Shown: positions 12,976 to 27,101, counted from the stretch's first letter. The stretch is 64,000 nt of DNA from Eimeria praecox (GCA_963920595.1 OY986948.1:3906001-3970000); one strand, 5' to 3'. Translations and numbers: made by a program. The notes: generated by a model from the sequence alone, not told the origin.

Positions 12976-15900
12976 TTCGTCCGCGAGGAACAGCCTTCAC
13001 TGCTGCAGCTGCACTTGAAGAGTGACCTCGGGCTGTAATTTATGGGAATCCCTATGCTTGCGTAGGAAGCTCTACAATGTCCAGGCATAAGAAGCACTCC
13101 TACATAAAAATCCCCATAGAAGGACAGCTGTGAAAAAGCAGATGAAACGAATAGGCATCTACCACCACTCCACCACGTCCCTGGATATGCGTTGGCTACC
13201 CGGATTCATTTATCCTGCTTCGCAGTATGGAAGTATTTAACGATCAAGCAACCCATAGCCTGACCCTAAAATGCAGCATAGAGCTGCTGCTCGTGAAATT
13301 TCCCACAAAGTATCGGGAAGAGAAGACGCTGGCACCACAGCATACAGGGGTGATATCGAGTATCGCAAGAGAGTGCCCAGGAGCTTTGGTCGAGAGTAGT
13401 ATGTAATGCAACACACAATTCAAAATTGCTTAAGGAATGCCTTTCAAGTTCCAAATGTCTTTTCAATTCTTCTCTGGACAAGCTGATTCTGCCGTGAGGT
13501 GCGCCGAACGCCTGGACCAGTCACCACTGGAGCGGTGGTGACTCCCATCATAAAGGGAGCTTGGGGACACTCGGCTCTCTCTTTTTTTTGAGACCCTCAA
13601 TCTTATGCATTTGTGGCATTTGAACCAGTTTCTTTCCAGGTCTGCTTCAGAGGAAAGCCGTTGCCCGTAAATAGGCGCCAAGGGCCGACAGTGGCAATGG
13701 CTTGGACGAATTAACAGGAGCGAGCCAACCGCCTGCAGTTTACCAGCGTTTCAGCTCGCCAGGACACTCAAGAGCATAGTGTTATTTTTATGGTTTTTGT
13801 ACTACTAACATTCCCATGACTTCTTATGGGCCGTATCTGGAATGTGTCGGTTCAACTTGCGTTGCACTGTAAGGCCGGCACCGCATGGCAAACGAAAAGC
13901 ATTCCATAAGCTTGGCTTACGTGTTTGCGCGCCTGTCACATTCAACTTAATGCATATGACCACTCTTTATTGGAATTAATATGGACTCTTCGGCGTTTTA
14001 CAGCAGGCAAAAACAGCGGATTCCCCTTTGAACCAGGGCGCCACGGTAAGACACCACAATGCAGCTCTTCTGCTGGATTTTCTTTTAGTGCATATGTTTC
14101 GCTTCCATGGGGAACCTTCTGTTTGAGTCATCACTTGCATGGTTACGGAACAGCTTGCAGGGCGCATCGTCCATGGTCGAGCGACGCCGGCCAGGTCCAT
14201 GTTGCTCAACAACGGCACACCAGCAGCAGCGTCTAGATGATGCTGGAGGCAACGATGCCCTTTGCCCAATGTTGCAGGCCCCGCTTGTCGTAGCATTTGT
14301 TTCTGTTCCACCTGTTCCTGCAATCACTGCGAGATGGACTGAGTTGCAGATGAAGCCTGAAACAGAGAACACAACCAGCAAAACATGCTTTTGGAGTTTG
14401 CGGTCTCCCATCTCCCAAGCTACGATGTTTAAACATCCACTTAAAAATCGAAGCCGAAGTGAAATTTTATTTTGAAATGATTTCTAGGGAATCTAGCGAA
14501 GCTTAGCTTTCAGTTATGATTACCACGAAGTCCAAGGCATATGGATTTTGCTTCCACACCAGCCCTGGTCTGCCTTTCAGTTCCTCTCAGTGGCATTACC
14601 CTCCTCTGTCGACTGCGGTCTGGATCTGACCAGATTTACAATGGCATACTGCAAACAAATACAGGTGTTCTCGTTGCCCTTGTGGCTATAATAGTCTAAG
14701 CAACATACGAATTCGCTTCACAACCGTGTTTGTAAGAGCCGTGCGAGTTCAACCGTATTCTGCATGAGTTTGCCGACGTTTTGGCTTTAACTGCACACAA
14801 ACATGACCCGTATATTTTAAGATAATGCAGCGGAACCTGTTTACTTTGACCCACTAGAAGTTCATGGCTTGCCATGCTAAGGTTTCCGTAACCTCCAGAG
14901 CCCCACACCGTGCAAAGTTTTTGCCTTCAGAGCTTTCATAACCGTACACTGCATATGGGGGGGGTTTATAGCGGGTGTTTCAGCACCAAAGAGGCTTTAT
15001 GGAAGCATATTCCACGCATGAACCCCCTCGCTGGGGGTGGTGTGGCTAGAAGGTGAACTAACGTTTGGCAGAATTTCGAGTCGAACGAGAAGAAGTAAAT
15101 AACACTAATGGCTGGCGAGTATTTCAAAGTAATCCAGGCTGTCCCGATTTTTGCTTTGGATAAGAGTGTCATGGTATCATGTGTAGCTCAAGACGGAACC
15201 GACGAGAACTGGCTGCAGGTGACGTCCGAATGCTCATTTCGCATTTAACGCCAGTCCCTGAAGGGCAAATACGCCTCCCCAGGTTCTTCCCGTACACTTC
15301 CTCTAACGTTTGTATATGATGAATACTCCTTTTGACGTTCTTTGCCGTTCATGGCGGAAGCACAGCGAGTGTACGCAAGTGACCCGATAGCTCATGATTG
15401 TATCCTGGTCTAGGTAGCGAGTTGAACCGCGAGGCTCGTCCCTAAAAGATAGAGCCTACAGGGTTAATTTAAACAAGAAACATTCATTACGTAATTTGCA
15501 TAGATATTTAGGTACTCATGCAGAGTGTATGGGCAGTACTCTCTAGAAAAGGCAAAACCGGGCCTCCGGCGCTCCACGGTGACATCGCGCGGCAACAAAG
15601 TTGCACACTGACAGGAGTCGTGAGCTGCACTGAGCAGAGGCCGTTATTTCTCTTTGTTTTCGTTTGTTGCTTTTAGTATATTGGGAGGTTTTGAAATCCA
15701 AAAACGGATAGTTTCACCTTTTTTATCTCTTAGGGTTCTTGCAGGCCACCGCTGCGCAAGCTGACGTGTCGCTGCTCGGGGGCCGGTCACTTTAGGTTCT
15801 ATCGCCCCAGGTTTTTGGCCATTTCCCCTATATGCAGGGTTTAATCTACTCCTAAAAGTATATTTTCACCATTTCCCGTCCTCTTGCAGATCGCCACGAG

Positions 15901-16517
15901 ATTGGGCTGCTCTGCGCCTCGCGCGCCCGACTAGGCCCAGCAGACAGGTGTTAGACCAAGGCCGGAATTCCCTTACTCTGTTTTCGTTGCAGCATTTTCT
16001 CGTTTTATTATCCCGGTTGTTTCGTCTCCAGGCTAGGGGCTTAGTCACTCCGCCACAGAGCAATACATGGAGCAGTGAACACCCGTGTCGCCGTTTTGCA
16101 TTTAAAGTGTTTCAGGAGTGGCTAACGAGTTTCTGCAGTAAGAAAATTGAAATATTTTTACAGGAGACCGCCATCTGCCAGAACATCTTGGTGGTTTCTT
16201 TTGTTTCACTAGTTGTTTAGTTCAATTATTCACTTTTGGTGTCGGAGTTCGGCTGCGCTTTCAAGTCAGCACTCTAGCAGCCGCCGACGGCTTTGTGAGC
16301 CCTCAAAAAGGTACGGAATCAGCTGTTCGACCAGGAGGCCGTATTTTTAGAGCTGTAAACACTTCACCTTGGGGGAGTGATTACTTCGAGGCCATCAGCT
16401 GACCTCAAGAGGTCCTGTATAGTAGTACGCCACCCATTCCTCTGTCGCTTAAGCATAAGCACAACAAAGAAAATCAGGCCTTCTTGTGCTAACGTCTTCT
16501 TCAGAAGCCGACAGAAA

Positions 16518-19194
16518 ATGCAGTGGGTCTTTACTTTTGTTTTAAAATTCACTTTGTCTGTCAAGCAGGCGGTAAATTGAGCGCCACACGGCTTAAAGGG
16601 CCATTCGCCACAGTTGACAGCCTAAATTATCAGTATTCTGTTGCGGATCAATCAGCGGAGGCAGCATACACACCTCATGCATCAGCATCGTCGCGTTCTT
16701 GTGTTAGCGCCTCTGTTTTTCAGGGTTTACAAGGCAGCGTGGTGTGTATTTCATGCTCGCGGGAAGTGCACTCGCGGTAACAACTGCTCCTTTGCCCATT
16801 CTGCGGAAGAACTTCGGCAGTTGCCTGACCTGAGGAAGACCAAGCTCTGCAACGCGTTCCTTGGTGGGCAGTGCAGCAACAATAACTGTTCTTATGCCCA
16901 CGGCCTTCAGGAATTGAGGGATTTCCCAGGGAAGAAGGGCCTGTGCAGACTTTACCGAGAAGGTCGGTCGCCAGAAGCTGTTCGTGCACGCCACCTTAAT
17001 GAGATTTTGCTCCCGTCTAAGAACAGAAAAATTAGTTTTGCTCTGAGTGGCAATGCAGCCTAACGCTAGCTTCAGATTTAGGAGTCACTTCTGTGCCGGC
17101 ACGTTTGGCCGTCTTGTTTGTGCTTGCTGCTCAAAAGTGTGCTACACGGACGAGGATGAACGCCGACACTGCAATAAGCGCCCTATTACTCCCCATACCA
17201 GTAGAGCCCTTCCCGTGAGCTTTTCGAGTCCACAATGCGGCTTCATTCTGTGTATGGTTCCTGTTCAAGGGAAATGTCTGCACGGTTCCAGTTGCAAATA
17301 TGCACACGCCCTTGGGGAGCTTGAGGTTGGGTACGTCTTTGCTCAGCCACTGCACGAGCAGCCGCAGAAGCAACAGCAGTTCATGATGGCTCACCGCGAG
17401 CAGCAGCAGCCCCAGCAACAACAGGTGCAGCCTCTTCTTCCCGAAAACACCCTGCCCCAGGATTTGTTATTGCTCCAGCAACTGGCTATGCAACAAGCTC
17501 AAAGCAAGCTTACTCGCCAACCACAACAGCAGCAAAACATGGTGGAACACCAGCAGCAGCTGCTGATGCTGCTAGAGGCTGAAGCTGCGGGGAAAGCTGC
17601 AATGTCGTCGCAAGACCCACAAAAAAACCAGGTGTTCCAGCGTCCCCAGCACCAACAGCAACAATATCTGAAACGCCAGATACACGATCTGCAGCAGCGT
17701 TGCTTAGCCTCTGATATGCACTCTCAGCAACACTCACAGCACCAGCTGGAAGGGTTACCTCAATTTCAGACAGATTTGAGCCCTGGGCGTTTGTCACTAC
17801 AGCACAATGAGCAAAAGGAGCAGGTGTCACAACAGGAAGTGGGGGCGGTGCGTCTGCTACCTCCGGTTCGCCAAGGATGCTGAGTGAAGTAGCACTAGAG
17901 GAGGAAGCAATTCCTGTTGCCATTGCAGGATTGCAACGAAGCTTCTTTTGTTCTGCTGTTTGCTGCTGCCCTGCAGGCTGTTCGGTCCCCAGGGTCCCTC
18001 CAATTCCGCCTACCTACGTCAAAGGTGCCGCCCCTATCTCTTCGAGCCCTAGCAACAAAGCAGCAACAGCCGCAGTATCCGCAGCAACAGGCTGAGGAGC
18101 AACTCCTGCAGCAGCTACAGTCTACCGATTCCTGGACTGAAGCGCCTCCCATTATGCAGATAGCGCCCGGTACTACGGAAACTGCAGAGCAGCAGCAGCA
18201 GCAGCAACAAAAGCAGACTGAGCTTGAAGAAGTGGTCTCGCGTCCACATCTAATGCAGCAGAGGCTGCTCCTGCAGCAGCAGCGGAGACTTCCTGGTGGC
18301 CAGCAAGCTTTTGCCGAGGCGGTTTTGCAACACGGTTGGCAGCGTCCACCCGCAGGTAGTGCTGATGAAGCGGCAGTCGCTGCAACGACAGCTGCAGCTC
18401 CAGGCTTCGCCTACAGGGAGCTAAACCCATGGGGCCAAGCGGTATCTCGTAGCACAGCGAGCACTGCCACAGGAGACGACTGCTACTCCTTCGCATCCCT
18501 CGCTGCTGCTGCCGCTGTACGTAAAGCAGAGCAAAGCCTCAAGCCGCCCTCGCCTGAGGGCCTTCAGCGGCAGCAACAGTCCCAGCAGCAACCGCAGATG
18601 ATGCAGCAGCTGCAGCAGCAGTCGTTATCCAGGCAAGGCCGCGAGTTGTTGCAAGCTGTTGAACTGCTTAGGCATCAGCAAAAACAGCATCAGAATGAGC
18701 AGCTTCAGCAAAAAGAAGCCCCATGGACAATGCAGGTTGAAAGGCCCAACACGGAAGCGGCACCTGTTGTATCTCCCTTCGGTAATTATAGCCTTAGAGA
18801 AATGCAAAGCCGAATGGCAGCCCTGACACTGCAGCCGCAGCAGCAACAAGCAGAGCAGCAGATGGAGCAGCAGCGCCAGCAACAACAGCTAAACCAACAC
18901 CGGCAGCTAGAAGGCCTTCTGGCCCAACTGACACGGGATCAAACGGAGGGCCTCAGTGGGCTTCAGGGGAAGGAAAGTATCTGCAGCGTTGATGCTCAGC
19001 ATCAACAGCAACTGCAACAGCAGAGAGAGCAGCAGCAGCTCATTCCTAAGCTACAGCTCCCTAGTGGAATAACTGGATCAGCTCCTGCTTCTTACAGGCT
19101 AGGGAAGAGCCCTCTTCACCGGCCCAACGGAGAAGACACCCCCTGCATTCAGCAAAGTGCAAGTCATCCCACAACTGCACCACAGCAGCAGTAG
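16518..19194 (+). CDS. CCCH zinc-finger (x3) RNA-binding protein with Q-rich tail
   Basis: Fingers: CVFHARGKCTRGNNCSFAH, KTKLCNAFLGGQCSNNNCSYAH, CRLYREG|GKCLHGSSCKYAH. Exons ~16518-16522, 16724-16962, ~17270-17838, ~17977-19194. Start and end approximate. Confidence 0.85.
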
Positions 19195-20186
19195 CAGCAG
19201 AAGCAACACCAAGATGCCTTGCATTGAAGGCTGCTTTAAGGAATGCAGCACTCAGCTTTGATTTTGCGATGTCTGCTCTGCGGCTTCAGTTTTCCGCGAT
19301 TACTACCCACCTCACCAACCCCTCAAGCTGTGCTGGCCAGCAGCAGGAGCATGGCGCTATAAACGACAACTGCGAGAAGCAGCGCCAAACTACGAATGTT
19401 GTTGCCGCAGCACACCGCGAGTGCGCATCATCATACTCAGACGGACGGGCTGCACCTCCACCCCAGAGACTCTCAACCATAAAAAGTGAAGACGAAGGAC
19501 AAGAAAGCGATGGAGAGCGTGGCCACACCCAGCAGCTGCAACAGCAGCAAACGCTGCAGCAGCGTCTGGCCGAAGGAAAGGTACCACTGGTCGTTTAAGA
19601 GCCACCAGCGGGTTCGGCTTCGCTGGGTGCAGGTAGGCAGAACGATATATCGTTGACTCCGCAGGAAGTGCAGCAGCAGCGGCGAAGAGGACGAAAGTAT
19701 ATATGGTCTTTCTTCACCACTGGAATGAGACTAATTAGGTTTCCTTGCAAAACCCCAAAACAGCATTTTTGCTTCTGCCGCAAAGGTTCCACTGGGTGCT
19801 TGAATCATTTACAGACCCCTTGAGTGGCACTTAATGCCAAATGGCTCAGCCCATAAAACGCCGCCACAGTACTTTTGAGAGGCTTCAATCAATACAATGG
19901 CAGCTGCAAGAAGCCTCGGAGGCATCGAAAATCTCGTAGCGAAGACCGAGTCGAGGCAGTTTGGCATCAGTTTGCAGATCGGTGAAGAGTTAGCATATGC
20001 TAGTGGCCAACAGTGGTGTTCATAAACCTACAGTATCTATTGTTGCTGAGTCTAGGCATGCATCAGGCCCTCTTACGCTCACTGTACAAAGCCGTAAGCA
20101 GTTAGTTTTTGCAAAATCATCAGCGATTAGCCGAAGCGAACGAATGTCTCATTTCTAGCAACGTTTGCAGATTTAGTTTTGGCAGA

Positions 20187-23100
20187 TCAAGGAAAAATTG
20201 CACATACATAGCACATGAAAGCCCGCTGGCAGAACGTCCGCATCAGCGAGGCGTTAAGGTGAATATGCGTGGTGAAGGCATGAGGGAGCACTAGCTCCAC
20301 CAGTGAAAGAACAACATTGGAGGCAATAGGGCTGCTCCAAAACATCTGGGATGACGATGGGACTTTCTCAGGGAAATCAAAAGCTTTGAATGTACAGGGG
20401 GCTTTCTGCGGCGTGTTCAGCAAACGCTGCAGGGGCAATAACGACCGAATTCCTTTTGGATGGCAAGTATGCGCTGCACGGCAGACGCAGTGCCGCACAT
20501 CCGGCCAACTGATATGGCCTTCCTTTGCACTGTCCCCCTTGAATTCAGGCGCAATGACGCTTATGATCCCAGCCAGAAAGGCATGGCCATCTGGGCGGAT
20601 GCGATCAGACGGTTTCAGCAGCTTCTGAAGAAATGAAGGCGTTGATCGTTCCTTCCAGGGCATTTTTGTTCAGAAGGGCGGTAATCATAGGATTGGTGAA
20701 GAAACGTGATTCATCCAGCACTCCCATGTTAGGCGTTGCCCGGTGTAGGCGAGACCCGATAAGGTAAGATGTAGATGGCCAGTTAGGGGCGCGAATCCCT
20801 GCAAGGCATGGCATATTGAAGGGGCATCAAAATATGTATGAAGCACCTAGAATCCATACACGTGGCATATGCAAGCAATGCATGCTAAGGATGAGCAGGA
20901 ACTTATCTACCGTTGACTTCGCCAAGGGATGCAAGCCAATCCAATGCCACTGGTGCCGCTGCGTCGAGCAAGGCAGTTTTCGTTGAAACGCTGAACAGAA
21001 TGGAGAGAATGTGTTAGAACGTGTATGTACCGGAGGTGTATGTGTCGGGGACAAGAGTGTAGAGATTCATGTCGGTGTACTGCATGGCTTCGTAAGGTTC
21101 CACAGGCTTGTTCCCAGGTGCTTCAGCAAACAAACTCGCCAGGCCGTCGAGGTCAGGCAGCTCCTGCCCCAAAGGCAACTCCACGAATCTGAAACACGAA
21201 GTATTTAAGGAAGAAAAGGCACGATTCTATTCAGGAGCAATGTTCCTGACTGATTATTTGATGGTGTCCGGCCTGTGTGCGTTGGGGGTTGGGCCTTATT
21301 TACAACCACACTCCTATGTGCATGCAGGCAGGCTAAGCCTTTGTAGCTTCTGCTAAATAGTTATGTATCATTTAATAGAAAGGTATTCATTGACTCCCTT
21401 CTGCACCTTTGTTTCGCCACCATAAGCAGCAACCCGTGTGAAGCTGCGCGTACTGTTACTGCAAGTGGTATTATGGAAAGCGCCTAAAAGTTCCTACTAA
21501 TCTTATCCAGTGCTTTTGTTGAGTCTTCGTTGTATTGCGCAAGCATCAAAATGTGTCCTAGGCTTATCTTTGCTGTTCAGCTCACCCTCTGTCGATCTGA
21601 ATGCACAAGAGTGAATCCAACTTCGATGAAAGTGCCGCCCCGCCTTTGCTTGCCATTTGCAGTATTTGCTGCTTTTGGGCCTTGCTCTCATAGCACCAAA
21701 CCTTCACCCCTGAATAAAGAGGAAACAAAGATTCTGAACACCACTGCGCACCAGGACACCCCTGAACGTCCAAGAAAGCATGAGCATCAATAGTTTAGGT
21801 GTCCCAAGCTGGGCGTTGGTGCAATAAGTACAAGCACTAATGAAGTCATGAAGTGCTGAGAAGGTGTTCTGGATCGATGTGTTTCATTCAATGGCACTCC
21901 AAAAAACCCTGTACTTTTCCAACATGAAAAGAGATCACTTCGGCCCCTGCAAAGGGTGTAGGGAGTCCTTCCGTCATGGGACGTGCTATATCAAGCAGCA
22001 TCCAGTCGTCATCCTAGGTGTGCAAAGAGGGCTGCTTTAAGATTTACCCGAAAGAACGAGGCTTTCTGCAATGAGCCCTGCCAGAAGCCTTTCGTCGTCG
22101 TTGCCCGTCTTCTCACTGGCGGTTGCAGGGCCACCCAAAGGTTGCTTGTACTGGGGCTGGTAAAGGCACTGCAAAAGGCGCGTCAGAATCAACTGCCGCA
22201 GCCTGCGACCCAACAGAACGCGCCAGCTCTCCTACACACTCATAAATCCTAGGAAGCACCTTTCTATCTTCCCACACACACAAACCTCCACGACTAGAGC
22301 AGTACATCCTCCCTCTCTAAACTGAAAGTACATCTTTCGATCGAATGAGTGGCTTCTCATTTCAAGCAGCCAAGGGATGGCGCATCACTCGAAGCAGCAT
22401 AGAGAACCCACCAAGCTGCCTGTAGGCCAACGTATCACTGCAAGCCGCAGCCGACAACTGGGCGAAGCTTTCCGAAAATGCCTACCTGTTGAGTCTGGGT
22501 GCCTGTCGCACAACGCTCCACTTAATTACTTCTTGCCCGATTGCCGCACGGCGCTTATAGATGGCGTGCAGCCGATGCCAGAGAGAAAGGAGGCTGCCAC
22601 TGTGCAGAAGTGTCTCAAGCATTGCGTCTCCCCGTTTGTAGAGGGCATACATCGACGACGTGTATAAAGCACTCGCGTCCAAGTCAGCCTGTAGGACCTG
22701 CGCAAGCTGAAACGGCTCCCGGCCCCTCCACGCCTTTGCCAAGGCTGCGTCGGCTGGTGAGGCTGCAACAAGTATGGAGCCGCATAAAAAGCACAGAACC
22801 AAATTACTGATGGCAATCCAGCTGCCTGCCAGCAGCCAAACGAAGTTGACCACTCGACGTGTATCACCCACTCTATCCCGTGCTTTCCTTTGCCATGGAG
22901 TGGATGAACCATGGGCTTTCAAATGTCGATCCTGTTTGAAAAGTATGCTACGAGAAGGCAAGCAGTACGCATAAACAAAGGTACAACCAGTGAAGTCCAC
23001 GCTTACTGAAGTTAAAGCCCGCTACTGGAGTTGGGCGTGCGCAAGTGGCATCTGGATGAATTAGGGCTTCCTTAACGTAGCAGAACCGATCTCGTCCACT

Positions 23101-23790
23101 TTCAGATATGAGAGAGAGAAGCATTTGCAAAGCTTTCCGGAGGAATTTGCCACTTTTTTCCTTAAACTCGAGAAATTCTGGAGAGTCAGTGCTGGCTGCC
23201 GCCTGCATGTCGCGTCGCACAAGGTGTAATTCACCTGAGAGACGCACCACAGTACCGCCTGGATGATCCCATAGCCTGTTAAAATATTTGTACTCTGTTT
23301 CTGCTCCAGAGTCAATGGGCGTGACTTGCCTCTCAGCTTATAGTTCCAGCTCTGTTCATGTTGCAAGTTCTAGTTACTGGGACTGCAGTAGCATGTAAGA
23401 CAAGGAAAGTCAATGCTTACCAATTATAGCTAGCATTACTTTGGCGCACTGACTTGGCGACAGCTCGTCCCCGAGATTCTCCAAGAGCTCCTCCACCCTC
23501 AGTACGTTGAACACATGGGCCAAATTCACGTCGTCGCATATGCAGGCCATCATGGCTGCCTGAAACGTGCGGCTCTGCCATCCTAGTCCCTGCCTGTCCT
23601 TTCCCTCTCCTAAATAGTTCCTGAGTGCGACCTTTCCTGCGTCAATGTACGCGTTATACAAGGGGTCATCCGTCAAAAGAAGGCGGGCGTCAAGAGATAC
23701 ATGCAGAAGCGCTCGCGACTTCGCCACGTCCAGCCTCTCGGAGGTGAGGCATAACAAATACTCGAATTCTGCGCGAAGTATCCAGGCCAT
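20187..23790 (-). CDS. Probable multi-exon hypothetical protein (helical; family not recognised)
   Basis: ATG in AAAATGG context at 23790. Protein-like ORFs at 23410-23790, 22948-23250 and 22482-23000 end at GTAAGC/GTAGGC donors. A further ORF lies at 20187-20663. The 3' extent is unsure. Confidence 0.45.
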
Positions 23791-25256
23791 TTTCGCTTAT
23801 GGTGGCTTCTTAGGGGCTTGTGTGATCGTTCACTTGCTAATGAATCTCTCGAAAGCATGCCCCGTAAGCGGACAGGGAGTCAGATAGTGGATGCGTGGAT
23901 TCCGTTACTATCCCTTTATATGTCAAACTCTAACACTGCTGGAGGCATCGAGCTCTTCCGTTTCAGATCCTGCTTTTTCAAAAGCCTCCAATGCTTTGCC
24001 GACTCAACTGAGAGTCCTACAGGCCTCCTCCTGGTCCACTCACAAGCCTCTTCACCGGGTTGACACCCCTTATACTGCATTAGTCTAGCTTAACTGTTGC
24101 TTTCTCCACATTTTGTCCCTAGCTTCTGGCTAGCTCCACCCTCTACGCAAACCCAGGTGGGGCTCGCTTCTCGTGGCAAAAACTTATGCTGGGAAAAAGA
24201 GTTACAGAATACCTTGGATGAAGTTAAGGAAGAATTAAGGAGAACCAAGGGAAAAGGAAGGCTGGCTGCCACAAATGCTACTGCTACTGCGCGCCGCTCT
24301 AGCCGGTGTTCGATTCGCCTGTCAACGCCTGCAGTCGGCAGCTGCCAATCAGTGTTGCCTAATGTGAGCAAAGTCTCAAGTTCCCTTCTCTGCTATTAAA
24401 CTTTGGGCAAGGCATAAGGAACTACTAGATATGGCTGCAAATTGCCACAATCGAGACACTTGCGCGGATGCTCACTGCCAACTCGTCGTTACACGCATGG
24501 TCGCCAGACCCAGCGGCTTCTCTGGGAGGCGCGTGGAGTTCCCCATAATAAAACAATTGAAAAAACAATTCCCTTCCTCCTATTTTTACAAAGTCTTGCC
24601 TTTTGGGTCCGGTAGTACCACGAAAAGGCTAAGACACCGTGGGGTGGTCCTCTGGTGGATCCTCTGCTGCGAAGGCACCACCACCTCACAACAGCAGTGT
24701 ACGACTAATCCTTCCTGTCGACGGAGATGGGATCGGCATCATTAATTCAGGAGCTTAATAGCTGGCTGTGGATCCTAAGTACTCGGGGATCGCTGCCGTA
24801 GAAACCTTGCGTATGCACCTCCCGCTTGCGCATTGCCTCTTTGCTGGGCCACACAAACCGGCTTTAGCAGTAAGCACAGTTTGCACAGACCAGGTCTGGC
24901 CAAAGCCCAGACAAGGTTTTCGTTGTTTGTAGAGTGGATAGTTCAGCCCGTGTGAAGACCTCAACGGAACTTCAACGCCGACGCGGAGATGGTGGGAAGC
25001 CTCAGTCCCCACGGGGTACGCAAGACCCCCAACGACAGCAAGAGAGGATGCTGCCGCTACAACACGCAGGCGATATTTCGTACGCGCAATCTCTGTAAGG
25101 CAGACCCTTCTCCCCTTTGGCAGAGATAGTAGACTTCTGTCACCTAAACAATTAACAGCCCTTCCCCGCCGTCGCAGAGATTCGCAGGAATCCATCCACT
25201 TCAACACAATAAACAACGATGATGCTTCGCAGGAGCGCGCTCACCGCAACTTTGCT

Positions 25257-26108
25257 ATGCGCATGTGTCACTTTGCATCGTTTTGCGTAGCCCTCAAGTT
25301 CCGTGCCTGCTGGCGCATCCCTCGAGCCTCCCTCTTCTTCATCTCCGTTATTGTCTGCCTCCTCCCTTCTCCTCAGCAGCATGGAAGTCAAAGAGGGCTA
25401 GCAGATACAGCTTCTGTATGGAGGGGGGATGGGAAGCAAGCGGTAGGGTTGGGAGTCTTATTTGCAGCTGCAGCGCTCTGCACTGTCAACTTGTGTGTCA
25501 ACGGCACTTGTTACGAGAATGGAGGGCTACAGATATGTGTTTGCGACAAGCCGTACTCAGGTGCCTTGTGTCAAGACACCATATCGATGTGCAGTGACGG
25601 ATGCGGCATAAAACCCAGCACGGGGATCGACTGCAGCAGTGCCCTCTGTTCACTGGGGACCTGCATAGACACAAATACGGAGCCGTTTTACAAATGCGAC
25701 TGTGGCGATTTCTTTACCGGCAAAAATTGCGAAACACACAACAACCCGTGCACAAATCCAGCAGCGAATCCATGTGGTGAGGGCACTTGCACCTTTTCAC
25801 CGGGGAAAGGCAGCGGAACCGTAACGTGCACGTGCGATTCGGACTATGAAACAGCTTTTGGTGCTGGCATGACCACTGTGAAGTGGGGAAACAGCGAAGT
25901 CCTCCAAAGCCCCCCTTGCACTGTCCGCAAGACACGTGGTGTTGCGAAGCTGCACTTCACTCTTTCCTCCGGGTCCCTTGTTATTTGGTGGACCATTTTT
26001 GGCGCCGTCATTTTGCTGCTGATTTGGTGCTGCTATACCATTTTCGCGGACAGTTGTGGCCGCTGGTCATCAGCCTTTAAAGCAGCCCGAGCAGCAAAAA
26101 GCCTCTAG
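25257..26108 (+). CDS. EGF-like domain (x3) single-pass membrane protein, paralog B
   Basis: Colinear with 11965-12975 (CSSALCSLGTC, CGDFFTGKNC, KWGNSEV, FTLSSG.LV.WWT). Signal-like N-terminus and C-terminal TM. Confidence 0.88.
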   Translation: MRMCHFASFCVALKFRACWRIPRASLFFISVIVCLLPSPQQHGSQRGLADTASVWRGDGKQAVGLGVLFAAAALCTVNLCVNGTCYENGGLQICVCDKPYSGALCQDTISMCSDGCGIKPSTGIDCSSALCSLGTCIDTNTEPFYKCDCGDFFTGKNCETHNNPCTNPAANPCGEGTCTFSPGKGSGTVTCTCDSDYETAFGAGMTTVKWGNSEVLQSPPCTVRKTRGVAKLHFTLSSGSLVIWWTIFGAVILLLIWCCYTIFADSCGRWSSAFKAARAAKSL

Positions 26109-27101
26109 TTATATGCTGGTAGCCATCCGCACTAGGCTCCAAAAAAACTCCCACCCCCCCAAACAATTGGTAGTCAATTGCTTTCCGGCCAAGGCAAACA
26201 CTGCGCAGGCGAAGAGGCGCAGGCTGCAGCCCTACTGCATTCCTCAGCTTACATTATGCCTTTTCCAAATCAATATAACTACAGAGGAGGGCAAAGTGGG
26301 GTAACGGGATTAGGACCTAGTGGTAGTTCACGCTTGCTCGGTCGTTTCTTCAATATTTGGTAATTAGTACAGCGTTTTTCAGTAAGCATTGAAATGTAGA
26401 GCCCTCCCTTCAAAAATTCATATACATTAAAGCACACAATGCAGCCACTATCTCGTACGATCAGAGGACGACAGCGGTGCAATACACCGCAACCTTGTGC
26501 AGAACGGAAGAGCGCCTTCGTCTCGTTGCCTCGAGACCTCTGCATTTGCTTTGACAAGAAAATTCAGGAAATGGATATTGCTGATAATATCGTGAATCAG
26601 TTCATCCTGGACACAGTCCGGTGGCACTGATGCAGCTGGGGCTCTCGCATGCTCGCCGATGAGAAGCGAGGGCGGGTCACTGCAGTTCGTTTACTTATGA
26701 GTACCAAATTATCAGTAGCACTTTCATTCACTTCGTTGTATCTCCCGACGTGAGACGCTAAAGAAGCTGCCTCAGGATGATGGGGGCAGCGCAGATGCCA
26801 CTCACCGCATTGACAGTTTCAAGCACTGCAGGCTCCAGGAACACCCGCTTCCAAGACACGCTTTCTTCCTCCTTCCTGCCGCATATATTTTCTGCCAAGT
26901 CGGTATGAAAAGCATGCATTTTTCGTGGGTCATTCCCGTGCCACTGTAGATTCACCCTTCTGTCTTTGCCTGTAGACTTCCAGGCAACCTTCAGGCGGAA
27001 AGCAATTTCCGCATAAGCCGTTGCCTCCAGAGAAGCGTTGTTTGGTGGCGCAAGCAGTTGAGACCTTGGTGACGTGAGAAGGATTCGGTGCGGAGACCCC
27101 C

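Noticed and set aside
13000..16400. Short ORFs between EGF paralog A and the CCCH gene
   Set aside because: No recognisable motifs or consistent exon chain. Probably UTR and promoter DNA.
19192..19598. TAG within a CAG run as stop read-through, or an extra CCCH exon
   Set aside because: Another in-frame stop follows within about 10 codons, and no convincing splice path was found.
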